Position numbers and translations under genes: made by a program
Notes under the pieces: generated by a model
Database searches by the model: none
Told to the model about the DNA's origin: nothing
What the model saw: only the letters and a program-made list of their open reading frames with translations
Source of the DNA: Tubiluchus corallicola
Lineage: Eukaryota > Animalia > Priapulida
DNA: 64,000 bases
Reading direction: 5' to 3'
Assembly: GCA_030141605.1 (NCBI GenBank)
Contig: JAQGDQ010000174.1
Span: forward strand, 381,295-445,294
In this document: positions 36,887 to 49,805 of the stretch, piece by piece
Layout of the letters: every line of letters begins with the position of its first letter
Position numbering within the stretch: the first letter of the stretch is position 1

Positions 36887-37860
36887 TGTTGGGAGCCGTT
36901 TGGACCACTGCGCCAAGTAGACCACTTGATGCGCTAAAAGTACTGTCCTACATGGGCAGCCCAAGTAGGACACTAGCGATTTTTGTCGAGAAACTTGCTC
37001 TGGCAAAACTTGTTTCCAGTTTATATTACCATTGTTTATAAGTATTGTTATGACATAATAAAGCATAAAACAAAATTTCTTTTAGAAATGGATATTCCTT
37101 GGCAATTTACAAATGCATTTCTTACAATAATTTCATCATTATGATTAACTCCATTAATATATCATAACATTAAACCTAGTATCTAATGCTTTAAAGAGAG
37201 AAATTCTGCACACAGTTATTACAGAAATAATTGCAAATTTAAAAATGAGACAGATGCTGCTAAGCCTTCACAACACCAAAAAGTAATTTTTAACATTTAA
37301 GAAAAGCAAGGATAATTAGTTTTAATATTATCAGTAGTATTGTAACATGTAGGGCACTGTCCTACATGGCTCGCTAGCCCATGTAGGACACATAGATCGC
37401 TAGAACGTTTACTTATAAGAAAACAATTATTTGCCCAAGAGGTAGTGAAACGGATCACCTGTTTGTGAAGTGAGACAAAATCAAAAATGATATACCTTAA
37501 ACAAATGTTGAATTCGCAAAAAAGTGAGGTTTTTTGACTTCAACAACATTAATATCGAAACCAAATTTAATATTGTCCGTTCTACCAGCTCAGAATAAAA
37601 TTCTTTTATTTTATTAGATGTATAATAAATTATTCAACGTGTATTAACGTTTTTAATTATTATTATTACATAAACAAGCACAACGGACGGTGTCAGTACA
37701 CTTAACGACTGAATTCACGACCTGTCTCTAGTGTCCTACTTGGGCAGCCCAAGTAGACCGCGGTCTACTTGGGCTAGCCCATGTAGACCGCGGTCTACTT
37801 AGGCTAGCCCAAGTAGACCAATTGGTCTACTTGGCGCAGTGGTCCAAACGGCTCCCAACA
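36887..37860. mobile_element. Non-autonomous DNA transposon with perfect 38-bp TIRs (TGT...ACA; Ginger-like) and palindromic subterminal array
   Basis: TGTTGGGAGCCGTTTGGACCACTGCGCCAAGTAGACCA (36887-36924) is exactly inverted at 37823-37860. Flanks GCTTG/CCTTG give a 5-bp TSD with one mismatch. 30-bp self-palindromic units at 37751, 37781 and 37811. Confidence 0.85.
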
Positions 37861-39016
37861 CCTTGGCCACTTGGTATGGCATGACATCTATAGGCTGCTA
37901 ACAGAAATGTTTTTCTTCATCAAATTTTCGTTAAAATTATTTAAGAGTGTTATAAAGTTTTTTTATATTATCACTGTTAATTTGCTTAGCATCTTCTATA
38001 ATAAAAATATTTTTTCGTTTTCGAAACAATACTAAAACTTATGAAATGCATTAATTTACTGACGAACACATGAGCATCCTTTTCAGGCGAGATTAGGTGC
38101 TTGTTCGTTTGGTTTTTCAATTTTTGTATAATAATTATATGTTTTTTTTAGATAAGTCCATTATTTCTTGTTTAAAACTTTCAAAGTACCTTCCCAAGCA
38201 TACATGAACTATCAGTTTACTAGGGTTGTTAAATTAATGGCATCTTTAACAGTAAAGTTTTACAAATCCATATCCAATGTTCAATTCAACTCAAAACAAT
38301 TTTTTGATGTAATGTATAACGTAATCACATTAATTTTGAACTACAATATATAATCAGTAAAATAAAAAAGCTAAGGCTAGAGGTAGAGTCATGGATCACA
38401 TGTCATACGTTTTCTTCTGGCATTTACAGATTTGGTGTGTGTGCGGTACTAGAAATTTGTGATTTCACTTATGTTCTAAATTTCTTCTGAATTCATTTAT
38501 TGACTTATATGCTATACTTTTGCTACATAAAACTAGGTGAAGTAAGCGATTTTTTTACTACCGCGTGCTACCGTACAACTGTACTAATATTGGAGTTATC
38601 AATTGTTTACAGATATGTTTAAAAATTGACAGTTTGACAACTATTCAAATGTACTGGCATTCGTGTTGCCATCATTTAAACTGCTATTTTATTTATAGTA
38701 AATGCTTTTGCACTACACACAGACCTCTCAGCCCTAGGGAAAAAGCATATCCCAATATGAGCTAAGTGGTCTGTACCGAACTTTTTAGAATTAAGGCATT
38801 CTGTCACAATTCAGGCTCCAGTGAATTTCAGAGGCATATGCTGAACTTCCATGCATGGCATTGAGCTTGTGCAAAAATAGCCAGAAATAAGCTTAACTGA
38901 CGTATCTATAATTTTGATCTAGTTTTGTTCTCTGCAAGCTAGTAGTGAACCCAGTAGTCAGTGGCAGGACACTTCCTATTTTCCTCAGAGCAAGGGCCCA
39001 AGTGGCAATAGCTACA

Positions 39017-39470
39017 TATAAAATCATCCTTACATTACATTTCCTCTTTGCTTACCTCTAACTGAGTCAAATCAAATATTTATGAACATGTTTAACACAT
39101 TTATAAACCTACTAAGCTCTTATTATTTAATATCACGATATCAAAATTCACAACTTCTTTTTCAAATCCTTGCTTTATTTAGATGGCTATTAAACCTCAA
39201 CTTTCTTTATATAAGTACGTACATTATTTAACCCAATCTTTGTTAAAGGGAATTGAAGGCACAAAAAAATTTTTTAGGCAGTTATTTCGTACTTTTAGGA
39301 TTAATAAATGTTTGAAATGTTGACTGGTTGTTGCTGGCCTAGCAAACCTTGTTAGATACTTAGTACCTTGGCTACTAAGTACTACAGTACTATCAAGTTT
39401 AGCCACCATATTGGCATTTGTCAGAGGTTCTTTTTGCTACCTTTGCCACAAACTGGCCTAGGCAGTATTG
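39017..39470. promoter_or_regulatory. Divergent HS6ST/RPL35A promoter region with TCT (5'TOP) initiator candidates
   Basis: TATAAAA at 39017 with CTCTTT ~29 nt downstream (39044-39049); second TCT match TTCTTTTT at 39428-39435; minus-strand donor AG|GTAAGC at ~39055 could end an HS6ST non-coding exon. Confidence 0.45.
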
Positions 39471-39717
39471 CAGATGAAACGGTCCAGAAGCAGTTTTCTC
39501 GATGGTCAGTTGGTCCGTTATCCAGTTATTGACCAGCACACACTTTGGCCACTCAGTTATTACCCCATTCGTTCTTAATGCACATCTAATGAAATGCAGT
39601 CAAGCTGTTCTTCTACAGTTTCCTTATTGTTAATGCCTAGGGCTAGTCATCCTTAATGTACTTTTGCATTTATTAGTCCATCTACTATATGATCATTTTA
39701 TGTTTTTGTTCTAAAGA

Positions 39718-39776
39718 ATGGCTGATGCTGAGAAAGCTGCAGTAGTGCGAGATCCTCGCGCAAAAAAGCCCGGGCG
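39718..39776 (+). CDS. RPL35A: 60S ribosomal protein L35a (eL33), coding exon 1
   Basis: Acceptor immediately before ATG; MADAEKAAVVRDPRAKKPG(R); donor GTAAGT at 39777; phase 2. Confidence 0.85.
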
Positions 39777-40999
39777 GTAAGTAAGTAATTATGAATGTGA
39801 AGCACATTTTGATATTTTATATTTCTTGTCAACTTTATTCATTGCTGAGCCAGATGCAAAAACAAAATTATTTAAAAAATTAAACAGTCGCGAGAAAATG
39901 ACAGAAACAATATTCTGTTTAAAGTACAGTTGATACTTGATAGACTTCTGTGATGACTGGTTTAAAACTTAAAGCTGTTTTGCTTTTGAAGATATAGATA
40001 CGGAAATATATGTTTGGAATGTAAGATTCTTACTGGGAAACCTGTTACGAAATATTCAGTTAGATGAAATCTAAAGCACTTTTTGTGCCAACTGTAAAAC
40101 CCCAGAGAGAATGAAAGAGAGAGTTGTGTGGTCTTTAGAAACCCCAAACTTTAGAAAAATACTGCTCCATAAAATATTCATATTCGGGAAAATGTTTAAT
40201 GATATTAATCGCCAAGTTAAAACATTATTATGCAAAGAAGCTTTTTTTAGTTTAGCATAATCACTGTTTTGCTTTAACAAGCAAAATTTGTCAAGTAGAT
40301 TTTTAGTGACTGTTTTTGTTTTTATATGTAATTATAGTGCAATATGTTTTGCAATGCTTTTCAGTATTTTGTGCAATAAATTGCAAGTTTTAATGATATT
40401 ATAATTTTAATTAACATGAGAGAGCTTTGTCATTTGTCTTTTCTATGCAGGTCTAATTTCGATTTAACTGAATAACTGATCTTAAAAAGCATTATGATTT
40501 ACACTATGGTGAACTAAATCGACAATGCAAGCTGCAGTACAGTTCTGAAAACTGTAGTAGACAGTTCATGAAAACTTGCGATATCATAGCAGCTGACCAT
40601 AATCATGCTTTTATTAATGCAGTTAGTTGTTTTTGAAATCTTATATAATGACGTATGAGAACTTAACCCCATTTCATTTGTTCTTTGTACATTGTAAACT
40701 AAAACGTCCTGTCTCTTTGAGTTACCATTCATTAGTGACTTGTTTTTGCATGTGCCACGGAACATAACAAACATTATCATTTCTAAGAATTTCTAGTGGC
40801 TATGCTGTTCCTTTTGTTCCAATAGAGGATGTGCCAGGGTTAGTGTCAATTTGTGAAATTTACATACAGCAACAGCAAGAACTAATCTTATTTAATTTAT
40901 TTCACTAAATACAAAAAATTATATGACTGCTTGGTGGGGCAGGTTAGTTTAGATTAAAAGATTATTACAGCTTGTTGTAAAGTGAACTTTTATCTCTAG

Positions 41000-41152
41000 G
41001 CTATATTGTAAAGGAATATTTACTGGCTACAAGCGTGCATTGAGAAACCAGAGGGAAAACACTGCATTAGTAAAAATTGAAGGATGCATAACCCGAAAGG
41101 ACACTGATTTCTACCTAGGTAAACGATGCGCTTACGTGTACAAGGCAAAAAA
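41000..41152 (+). CDS. RPL35A: RPL35A coding exon 2
   Basis: [51 protein letters not shown]; eL33 signature. Confidence 0.97.
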
Positions 41153-41318
41153 GTAAGTATTGCCTCATGTTTCTATAGATTAGAAGATCACAATCTCGGT
41201 TTCTTATTAGCCAATTCATTCTTTTTTTACTGCCGGTCTAAGTCTTTTACTTCCGAGAGTGATGTGTAATAATATTCAACATGAAATGCTCATCTTTATT
41301 ATTTGGATAGTTTTACAT

Positions 41319-41810
41319 CAGGGGTGTGCAAATTGCGGCCCGCGGGCCACTTGCGGCCCGCCGAGAGAATTTGTGCAGCCCGCGAAGAGGTTTGTCTACC
41401 TAATGAAAGTGCGGCCCGGGCGATTTATTGAGTGTATCCAGCTGAAGTCTGTACCACAATCCCAAAGATAGTGCGGGTAGTTTTTTCTACTAGATCGGAT
41501 GCCATTAACCCTTACAAGACGGTTGTAGCTTAATGTTACTTTACTACACAGACTGTGTGATACACATTACTAATATGCATTGTAATGAAATTACCACTAT
41601 CTGTCCTGAAAGTAGAAATATATGGTTTGTAATATAAATTTTAATAACTTCTAAAATAGTTTCTTGAGTGTACTAGTGATGATGTACGCAGGTCGGATGC
41701 AAAAAAATCGTTATTAGGCCTTTCTCTACTTGATCAAACTGCCTGTGGCCCGCAGCAATTGCGGGAAAGTTTTTAGTGGCCCGGCTAGTCAGATAGTTTG
41801 CACACCCCTG
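41319..41810 (+). mobile_element. hAT (Charlie/Buster-type) MITE, family B copy 1 (492 bp)
   Basis: TIR CAGGGGTGTGCAAA / TTTGCACACCCCTG; 8-bp TSD TTTTACAT/TTGTACAT; GCGGCCCG subterminal repeats. Confidence 0.9.
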
Positions 41811-42143
41811 TTGTACATTGTCATAATCACGTCATTCTGAGTTTTAAATTGACGCTGTTCAATTTGACAACTTTATTGTTTTTGGCACTACCAGTAATGT
41901 CGATCCAAAGATATTGCTGAAGCAATTTGTGTAACTTTTTTGCAAGTAAGGAAATCATATCTGACAATGAAGTCAGTGATTAGCGTGTTCATATCCAATA
42001 TCTGGTTCACTTGTATTTTTTGGTATTACAGCCTGTTGTTTTGCTGTAGTTAAACAGAACAGGAAGTTAATTAAAAAATAATACTTGTTTGTGTTAGCAT
42101 TTTTGAGCAGAACTGCAGTTTGAGGTACGTTTTTCATTTTCAG

Positions 42144-42291
42144 TAAAACACCAACGCCTGGCCGTGATAAGCCAAACAGAATACGAGTAATATGGGGTAA
42201 AGTGATGCGGCCACATGGTAACAGTGGTGTTGTAAGAGCAAAATTTCGTAGAAATCTCCCGGCCACAGCTATGGGAAAACGAATTAGAGTG
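42144..42291 (+). CDS. RPL35A: RPL35A coding exon 3
   Basis: [49 protein letters not shown]. Confidence 0.97.
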
Positions 42292-43232
42292 GTAAAGTCT
42301 TTTTCTAATTTTTGCAATTAAGTTTTGTACTTGTTGCTGTTGCGGTAACACAGATAGTTCTTAATTACAAGAACTGGAGTGATTAATAAGGAAGCTTACG
42401 TTTCCAGTGTTTTACAATTTACTCTGTCCGCTAGACGCTTTTCAACTCCAAAGGTATTTTTCAAATTTGAGTTGAAATTTGGTAAGATGATTTGATGGGT
42501 CTGTGGTTATAAACAAAAAAATTGTACCAATTCCTTCGCGTTAATTAGAGCTTTTTGTTAATTTGTTTTTTAGTCGAAATTGACTTCAAATAAGCAGTAT
42601 GTCACAAGACTGCCTTTCATATCATAATTGCGTAAACAGATGTGCCCAAAGTGAATTAGGGCACAAACTCTGGTTTTCTCCTATCTGGGCAATTGTACTG
42701 GCCACTATGCCACAGAGGCACGCTATTTCTCGGACCTAGAAATTTACTCTACAAGCTACTAGACGTTTTACATACGTGTTTAAAACCCGGTTAGATGACT
42801 ACATATAAAAATTTATAGATATATCTATAGATACTTAGAAATGCATATGTACAATTCTACATTCATTGATTATATACACTTTCAAAATGCATTTAATTAG
42901 CTGAATCATATCACTTGGAAATACTAGTGAAATTAGTGAAATATGAAATTTTGCTAAAAATTTAGTCAATTAAAATTAATTCTTAAGATAAAAAACCTTT
43001 ATTTTTCCTTTGTAAACTTTAAAACGTGTGACCCATCTTATATTTTAGCAATAATGAAAGGATGGTTGTAATAAGTAATCTGTAAATGTAAAAGTCTCAT
43101 TTTAACATTGAGTAGCTTGTGAACAAATTTTTTTATTTCCTAATAATCTGATTTTTTAGTAAATTGTCTCATAAATTGTTGGCATATTATGTACTGTGGA
43201 CTTTCATTAGTTTTTTTTATATTTTATTTCAG

Positions 43233-43256
43233 ATGCTGTATCCATCAAGAATATAA
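43233..43256 (+). CDS. RPL35A: RPL35A coding exon 4
   Basis: TTTCAG acceptor; MLYPSRI*; AATAAA at 43280-43285. Confidence 0.95.
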   Translation: MLYPSRI

Positions 43257-45386
43257 TGTAAAGCATTGTGTATGATAAGAATAAATTTGGGTTATTTAGA
43301 ACGTTTCTGTCAAGCCGCTTAGTGTGAGTTATGAAGACACAGAAATTTGATTGCATCATCTTACATGCTATTTACATTGTTAACAAACCAACAACCAAAC
43401 TGTCTTGTATCGTTGTTAGATAGAGTACAGTCTATATGACCGGACTGTGTCCATCTGAAATAAAAAGGGCTGTTCTCAGCAGGGTTTGAGTGAAGTCATT
43501 AGCAATTAATTTTGTTTTACAATTGGGCAGACTGCAAATCAGTAGCAAGGTCTAGTCAGTATGGATGGTGATGGTGGCAGACTTCATCATCTTGCCTCTG
43601 TGATTTAGCTAGACAGAGAATGTTCAAATGCATGTGAACTAGACTTACCTGTGCAAATTAATAGTGGTTTTGTGCTTATTAGGAGTCCTTTATGGTAATG
43701 GGATGAAGACTAAATTAACGGATGTTTAACTGTTACATGAAATTTAAAGCACAAAAAACCCTCCACTTACATAAAGCTTAAAAAATTCGTCTTGAAATTT
43801 TATACCACTTTCAATACTGCTTTTTGCATAGAGGGCTTGCGTCAGCAGTAATGCTGTATTAGACATAAATTTAAACTCCTGCAATGACTGTTAGACAGCC
43901 ATTTTGACGATAAGTCATTTGAAACAAGTTTAGATAACACTGAGTAAAGTTTGAAAAAATAATCAGAGTATTTGCAACGCATGCGTTACTAATGCAAGTA
44001 AAATTTTAAATTACTGTATCTTGTCAATAAGATTAAAAATACGTTTCTTGGTTAGTGAGTGCTGCACCCTAGAGGTGAGTCAATGATATTTTATCAATGG
44101 GTGAAAACATTTAAATAATTAATAATTTTCTTTTCTAGTTACATAAATCTTTCAGCAGGGTAAGCAAAATGCTAAGTAATGTAACTTTGCATGGAAAGTC
44201 TTTTGGGACATAGCTTTACATTTGCTTTTCTTCCCCTCATTTACATACTTTTATATGACATATAATGGCACGGTCGGAACAGTGTTGCAGGAGATTTAAA
44301 ATAAAAACAAAAAATCCTTTCGACGCAAGTATATTTACGCATAAAATTGCTATAAGCTAACAGTTTTTTAAGTTGATTTTCTGAAACCTACTTCAGGTAC
44401 CCTTTTCTTGTCCTTGAACATTTATGTTATAGAATTAGGCCAATATTTTAGCTAAAACAAGTTTGTTCAACAAAATTTGAACTAACTTTCAAAGTTAAAC
44501 GAATTTAAAGTTAGTTAGTGATATCAGTAACTAGGTAATGGAATAAGTATGAGGATCAAGTAAATTATATGAGTCTGTACTTGCAGAGGCAGGAGAGAGA
44601 CATCAGACCATTTAATTTTACTGAACTTTAAACATTAGCAAGCCATGCTTAAATTTTTCTATTTGAGTCACAATAGAGGGCGACACAAGCTGTGCTAAAA
44701 TAAATAAAAGCAACATGAGTAGATTCTTGTCTTCTACCTACACTACATTTCAATTATTTTAGTTAAGTAGTTCAGGTGATCTGTGCATTTACTATCTCAG
44801 TACCCTGAAAGCATTTTATTCATTTTGCCCTGAAACCAAACTATAATCAAGACTCCGGTATTCTTACTGAGTGAACAAGAATGTTTTAAAAGCTTTTTCA
44901 GTTTTTGTTCACACGAGTCTACTACGAAACTGTTGTACAGTCGCATTCCAGTAACATCAGAATGTCTTATCACAAATAAAATGGCATCTATAGTGAAACA
45001 GTAAATATCTGCAATGTTGCACAATATTATTGCACAAGTTTTATTTTACTTTTTTTAAGTAAAACATTTTGTCAATAAAGAAAAGAAACTACATCTTTCA
45101 ACATCTAAAACTTTTCATGTAATTGGAAGTTGAGTTGTTGGAATTTATACAATGTTAGTACCGTTTAGCACGTGCATTAATAATTGCGTTCATTCAAGTG
45201 CAATTACATTTTACAGTTATTTCTATAAAGGTATAATAGTGTTAATTTTACCAATGATGTGATAATTTCACTCCAGAAAAACATGTAAATGCGATAATTT
45301 TAACAATTTCTAAATAGAATAATTGCTGTAAAAATTTGTAATGCAGTATTAACTACTAGTCTAGACTGAATGGCGATTTACTCTTC

Positions 45387-45547
45387 CTAAGTTACACAAG
45401 CACAGCAGCAAGCAAGCAGCGCACCCATAAACGTGATGAGTTGATAAGAGAGAGTAAACAGATAAACTGTTCGGTTGCACCAGTTTTTATCTACCATGTT
45501 TCTTGGCTCGTAAGACACACCAACGATGCGAATTAGCCAGTAGCATC
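45387..45547 (-). CDS. TMEM272: TMEM272-like membrane protein, last coding exon
   Basis: TTTTCAG acceptor; GCYWLIRIVGVSYEP...NWCNRTVYLFT...CCCACVT*, matching the TMEM272-type G..W / YC.KT.Y.FA / Cys-rich tail. Confidence 0.8.
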
Positions 45548-46172
45548 CTGAAAAAATCCAAGCGTGATTTGATAATAAGGTTATATAATAGTTTTTACAC
45601 TGGAAACTGTAGACAAATTCAAAAATAGCATCAAAATCGGACATTATCAACTGTTAAACTGCAGAAACATTAGATAATTATAATAGAATAGCAAAATTTC
45701 TATCACGATCTGAGTGACAAAGCTAAATAATGAGTGAATGGATAAATTAGTAAACATAGGATGTACGTTCTGGCATGATAACCAATCCCAGGAAATATGG
45801 AGGAAAGTTCTGGCATGATGGCATGGACATTCGAAAGAAACCAAATAATAGTGTGTAAAACAGCTACAGAAATATTATTACAAAGAATTAATTTGTTAGC
45901 CGGTGGATGAATGCTTGTCCAGGGAAGCTCATTACGCATTTTCTCGTATTGTAACATGTACTTCGGGGAATCAAGTCGGCTTTCAAAAATTTAGGTTTTG
46001 TATTTTGCTGGATTTAACCAACTACAGAAATGAGCTATTGGGTGCATACATTTATTGAAAAAATGTGGAAATCTGAGATAATAATATTAATTAATAACAG
46101 AGTGATAACAGTTTGTTTATTATGAAGCACTTATTGAGTCATATTGTATTGAAGCAGTATTTTAGTACCTAC

Positions 46173-46361
46173 CTGCAATAAACCATATGATCAGAAACCA
46201 GAAGACGAGTGAACTAATAATGCGGAGTGCCTTTGGACTTTGTTTTTCCCGTACAGCAACGAATAGTAGTTGTGCACTTTCAATCACTCCAAATATTCCA
46301 CCAACAATTAGATACACAGGAATAAGCCTTTCAGCTGGGCATTCATTTCTGTGAACTGTCC
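46173..46361 (-). CDS. TMEM272: TMEM272-like, coding exon 3
   Basis: GTVHRNECPAERLIPVYLIVGGIFG...FLIIWFIAG; CP....IP.YL.VGG and WFI.G family motifs; AG/GT bounded. Confidence 0.85.
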
Positions 46362-46593
46362 CTGCATTAAAAATAACATTTTGTTGAGATATGAGCATTG
46401 TCATGATTTGTTTTTTTAATAAAATGCTTGTTCGTGAAATGCCATAGCAAAGCGTTGCGTTAATGTTAATATATTACGTAAAATGGCCTTATTAGACGTA
46501 TTAATAACAACAAATAACACATTCGCCGGATAATTTTACTAAAATAATTTTCATGTATTCCAGACATTATTTTTCTAACAGTCATCTGCTTAC

Positions 46594-46653
46594 CTATACA
46601 AACCATCACGATCCCCAGGACTAGGGTAAATACAAACCAACATGTGAGGCATT
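46594..46653 (-). CDS. TMEM272: TMEM272-like, coding exon 2 (first TM helix)
   Basis: TTTTGCAG and GTAAGC bounded; CLTCWFVFTLVLGIVMVCIG in frame with exon 3. Confidence 0.8.
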
Positions 46654-47169
46654 CTGCAAAAAAGTCACAGCATTTAATTCAGTTCATTAACTTTGCTTTT
46701 TATAAGTAATTGTGTCAAATTTGTCGCCTATACAGTCTTTGTTAAAAGTTGGTAAATGGAGCTCTCTCACTTATTCCCTGGTGACAGTGCAACCTTTTAT
46801 TAGTGATCATATGGGTGCTTAGTGCAAGGTTTTCCACGAGGGCTGTTTAGCTATTAAGCAAATAAGGCTGTAGCTTTGGGCCCTTGAGGCCGATGACCAA
46901 TTAAAAAAAGATAATGATTTATTAAATAGGATAATAAAACTATTTAAACTGAATATGTTGAAAATAAGGGACATTTATTTTTCTTCATTTGCATAGCCAT
47001 TAAGTACGTGAGCAATTGAGCCTATATAGTATACATAATATTTCATTTTTCATAGATTATTTGTGTACATAGGCCATTTAATCACAAGAATTTGACAGTT
47101 GCAAGAGTATGACGTCTCTGGCCATCCATTTAATATCAAGTGTCCGGTCGATTTCAAGGACTTACCTAC

Positions 47170-47218
47170 CTTGCGTTATAATGGCGTTATCATATGCACC
47201 ATCACGTACTAACTCCAT
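47170..47218 (-). CDS. TMEM272: TMEM272-like, probable first coding exon
   Basis: MELVRDGAYDNAIITQ, donor GTAGGT, phase 1 fits exon 2; total 152 aa. Confidence 0.55.
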
Positions 47219-47328
47219 ATATAGATATCGATATCACGCCGATGTACCTCTTTGTACATTTTATTCTTCCTCTTCCCAAAGACAGGCAAATATCCAAATG
47301 TGTGAGTCTAGTGAAAAATGGAATATTT

Positions 47329-47400
47329 TGTGTGTGTGTGTGTGCGTGCGTGCGTGCGTGTGTGTGTGTGTGTGTGAGTGTATGTATGTATGTATTGGTA
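47329..47400. repeat. (TG)n/(TGCG)n/(TATG)n compound microsatellite
   Basis: Directly visible; generates the spurious CV/TH-rich ORFs. Confidence 0.95.
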
Positions 47401-48584
47401 GGCAGGTATGTGTATTTATGTATGCATGTACATTTGTGTATGTACGCAATTTATTGACAAAAATATTTTCATTTACAACAAAAGGGTATACACTTCAAAT
47501 TTCTGTTTTCTAGAATACACTTGAACAAAAATATAGTTCTTTATAATGTTCAGTTTAAATAATGTTGCTAAACAGCACTATCTCTGTTTAACTGGTCATC
47601 GATTTCAGGAATCCGAGAGCCTATTAAAATTTAGGGCCCGAGGTTACCTTATTAGTCTAGTATTAACCCGCCCTGGGACTTGGGCACTGTGTATGCTCAT
47701 TTTTATACGTTTTCTGAGCGGACTGATAGAAATAAAAGCTTACTAAATGATTATGAACTGTTGGTCTGAAATTCACCAAAACGTGACTTGGGATTTTCAA
47801 AGAACAGGGTCTTCAATTTCTGTCCTGGCAGAAAGTTAATTGCATGCGCTTTTTTAAAAGCTCAGTGAAAGTAGATATTATGAAACCCTCTAGCTCAAAT
47901 AAAACATATGGTGTTATATAAAAATAAGGAGAGTACCTACATCTAGAGTTAACGAAGAAGTTCTAACAGTAAACTTCAAACTAAAATCTGTCATTGCAAT
48001 CGCGCGGCAAAGTATCTTTCATTACTGGTGTTTATGCGATTAGATTTGGCAAACACTTTAGATCGGTTGAATATCTTAGATATAATTTAATGCACGTAAA
48101 ACAATTTGAGACTAAAGTAACTTACTTTTAGCCGCACTCATTTTGAATGCTTCTAACAGCCCAAACCAAGTTTGATTTAGAGCGATACTGGTGCTTACTG
48201 GTGTTTTGCCGAATCCAGAAAGCACCAGCTAGTGCGCTGATGCACTGAAGTAACTAAGACAAACACATTCTATATAGTCTGTGATGTCACTTAGTGATAG
48301 CCATGCAGTTAACAATACATGTTAGATTCTAAACTGAAGGATGGTAAGTTCTTAGTGCTGAAAACAAAACATCATTATTCGACCATGTAGGCCTGTTTCC
48401 AGTGTTACTAGAAGCTACTATCGCTTATAGGCTGTCCTCTACAAAGAATACACACAACTTGTATACTACGAAGAAACACTCTATTAGATTTTTTCAAGGT
48501 TTTCGATATTTCGAGTTCTTCACACATACTTTCAGTGCATACAAACGCTAAAAATGTTTCAACTTACGTTTTTAACTGTGCGCT

Positions 48585-49240
48585 GATTCGATTTGATTTA
48601 TTTTTTATTCCAAACATAAAGTTTATATTCAAAATACAGTTACAACAACAATAAACAACAATTAAATAACATACACACACAAATAACTTACAAGGTTACC
48701 CTACTATATAATATTTACAATTAAGACCCGAAGCATGGGCTCCGACTCATGGTAACTGATTAAATTAAACACTCGTGTATAGTAAGGTGCGCCAGTACTT
48801 TCGTATAACGGACGTATGTACAACATCACTCTGTAATATTGCTCTACAAATAAATTGTTACTATTTAAAGTTCTATTTACAAGAGTGAACACACTTCTAT
48901 GTATCACGTCAAAATACAGCAAGTTCAGTTCAATTGACATAGACCTAGCGCTGTAGTCGTAAGGGTAGAGTGAACACACTTCTATGTAGCTAAACAACTT
49001 TCTCATACAAACATTGTATGCTACTTTAAGTTTTTTTTTCAAATTATAATGATAAAAGTATCTACATATTGCCATACAATAAAAATTACCACTAAAAGAG
49101 TTAAAGAGCTGTTTTTCCACATTTGCAGTACAAAATTTAAATTTTCTAATTAGTTTGTTAGCTCGGTAGTAAAAAAGAGATTTTTCTTTGTTTTTGTCTT
49201 CATCGTCCTTATTTTCTTTAGTACTAAATTTTCCCATTTT
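48585..49240 (-). mobile_element. L2/Crack/Daphne-group LINE 3' fragment
   Basis: ORF2 C-terminal-like YRANKLIRKFKFCTANVEKQLFNSF...KLKVAYNVCMRKLF; minus-strand AATAAA followed by a TCAAA-type tail at ~48585-48610. Confidence 0.8.
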
Positions 49241-49805
49241 GCTCTGGAATCAGTACTGTTATACTCTCAACCAGACTGGCGCACCCCGAAATAGAAACCA
49301 ATTAATCAGTCAAAAACGTTTTGAGCTATTTTACCGTACCTATTTAGAAGAACCGTGCAATATAAACCATGTAAATTATATCTTACACTTTGAATTTCCT
49401 TTTTCCTCTGCCAAAATCGAAAACGTTAGAGAAGGTAAGACATGTTGCTGAACTTGCTTAATAATAAAATGTCAAATTTGGGTCTGAATCAATCCCGGCT
49501 TCAAATTCTGTTTCTTTTTACTGTAAGCAATGTTCGGTGTTCGATAAGAGATGTCAGTCATATCATAACTATCATTACGTAAATGGATATGCCAAAACAG
49601 GTAGGATGGTTCTCGGAATAAGACAGTTTTTACTGTGTGAGACCTATAAGCGGAAATTATTAACAAGAAACCTCGTTAACCTCCCACTCTATTATTTGCG
49701 GCATACTAGTCAGCCTACGCGTTGCTTGTGACTTTGTTAGCATAGCAGATACCGTCACCACTCAGCTATACAAACCCATCAGACACGTGTAATCTGAAGT
49801 GATGT

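Noticed and set aside
39945-40040. GTGATGA C-box in an RPL35A intron as a C/D snoRNA
   Set aside because: No CTGA D box at suitable distance and no terminal stem.
41973-42351. Minus-strand ORFs of 114 and 85 aa
   Set aside because: Antisense shadows of RPL35A exon 3.
42630-42730. Hairpin TGTGCCC...GGGCACA in an RPL35A intron as an H/ACA snoRNA
   Set aside because: No H box (ANANNA) after the hairpin, no pseudouridylation pocket and no second hairpin with ACA.
47109-47513. CV- and TH-repeat ORFs
   Set aside because: Artefacts of the (TG)n microsatellite.
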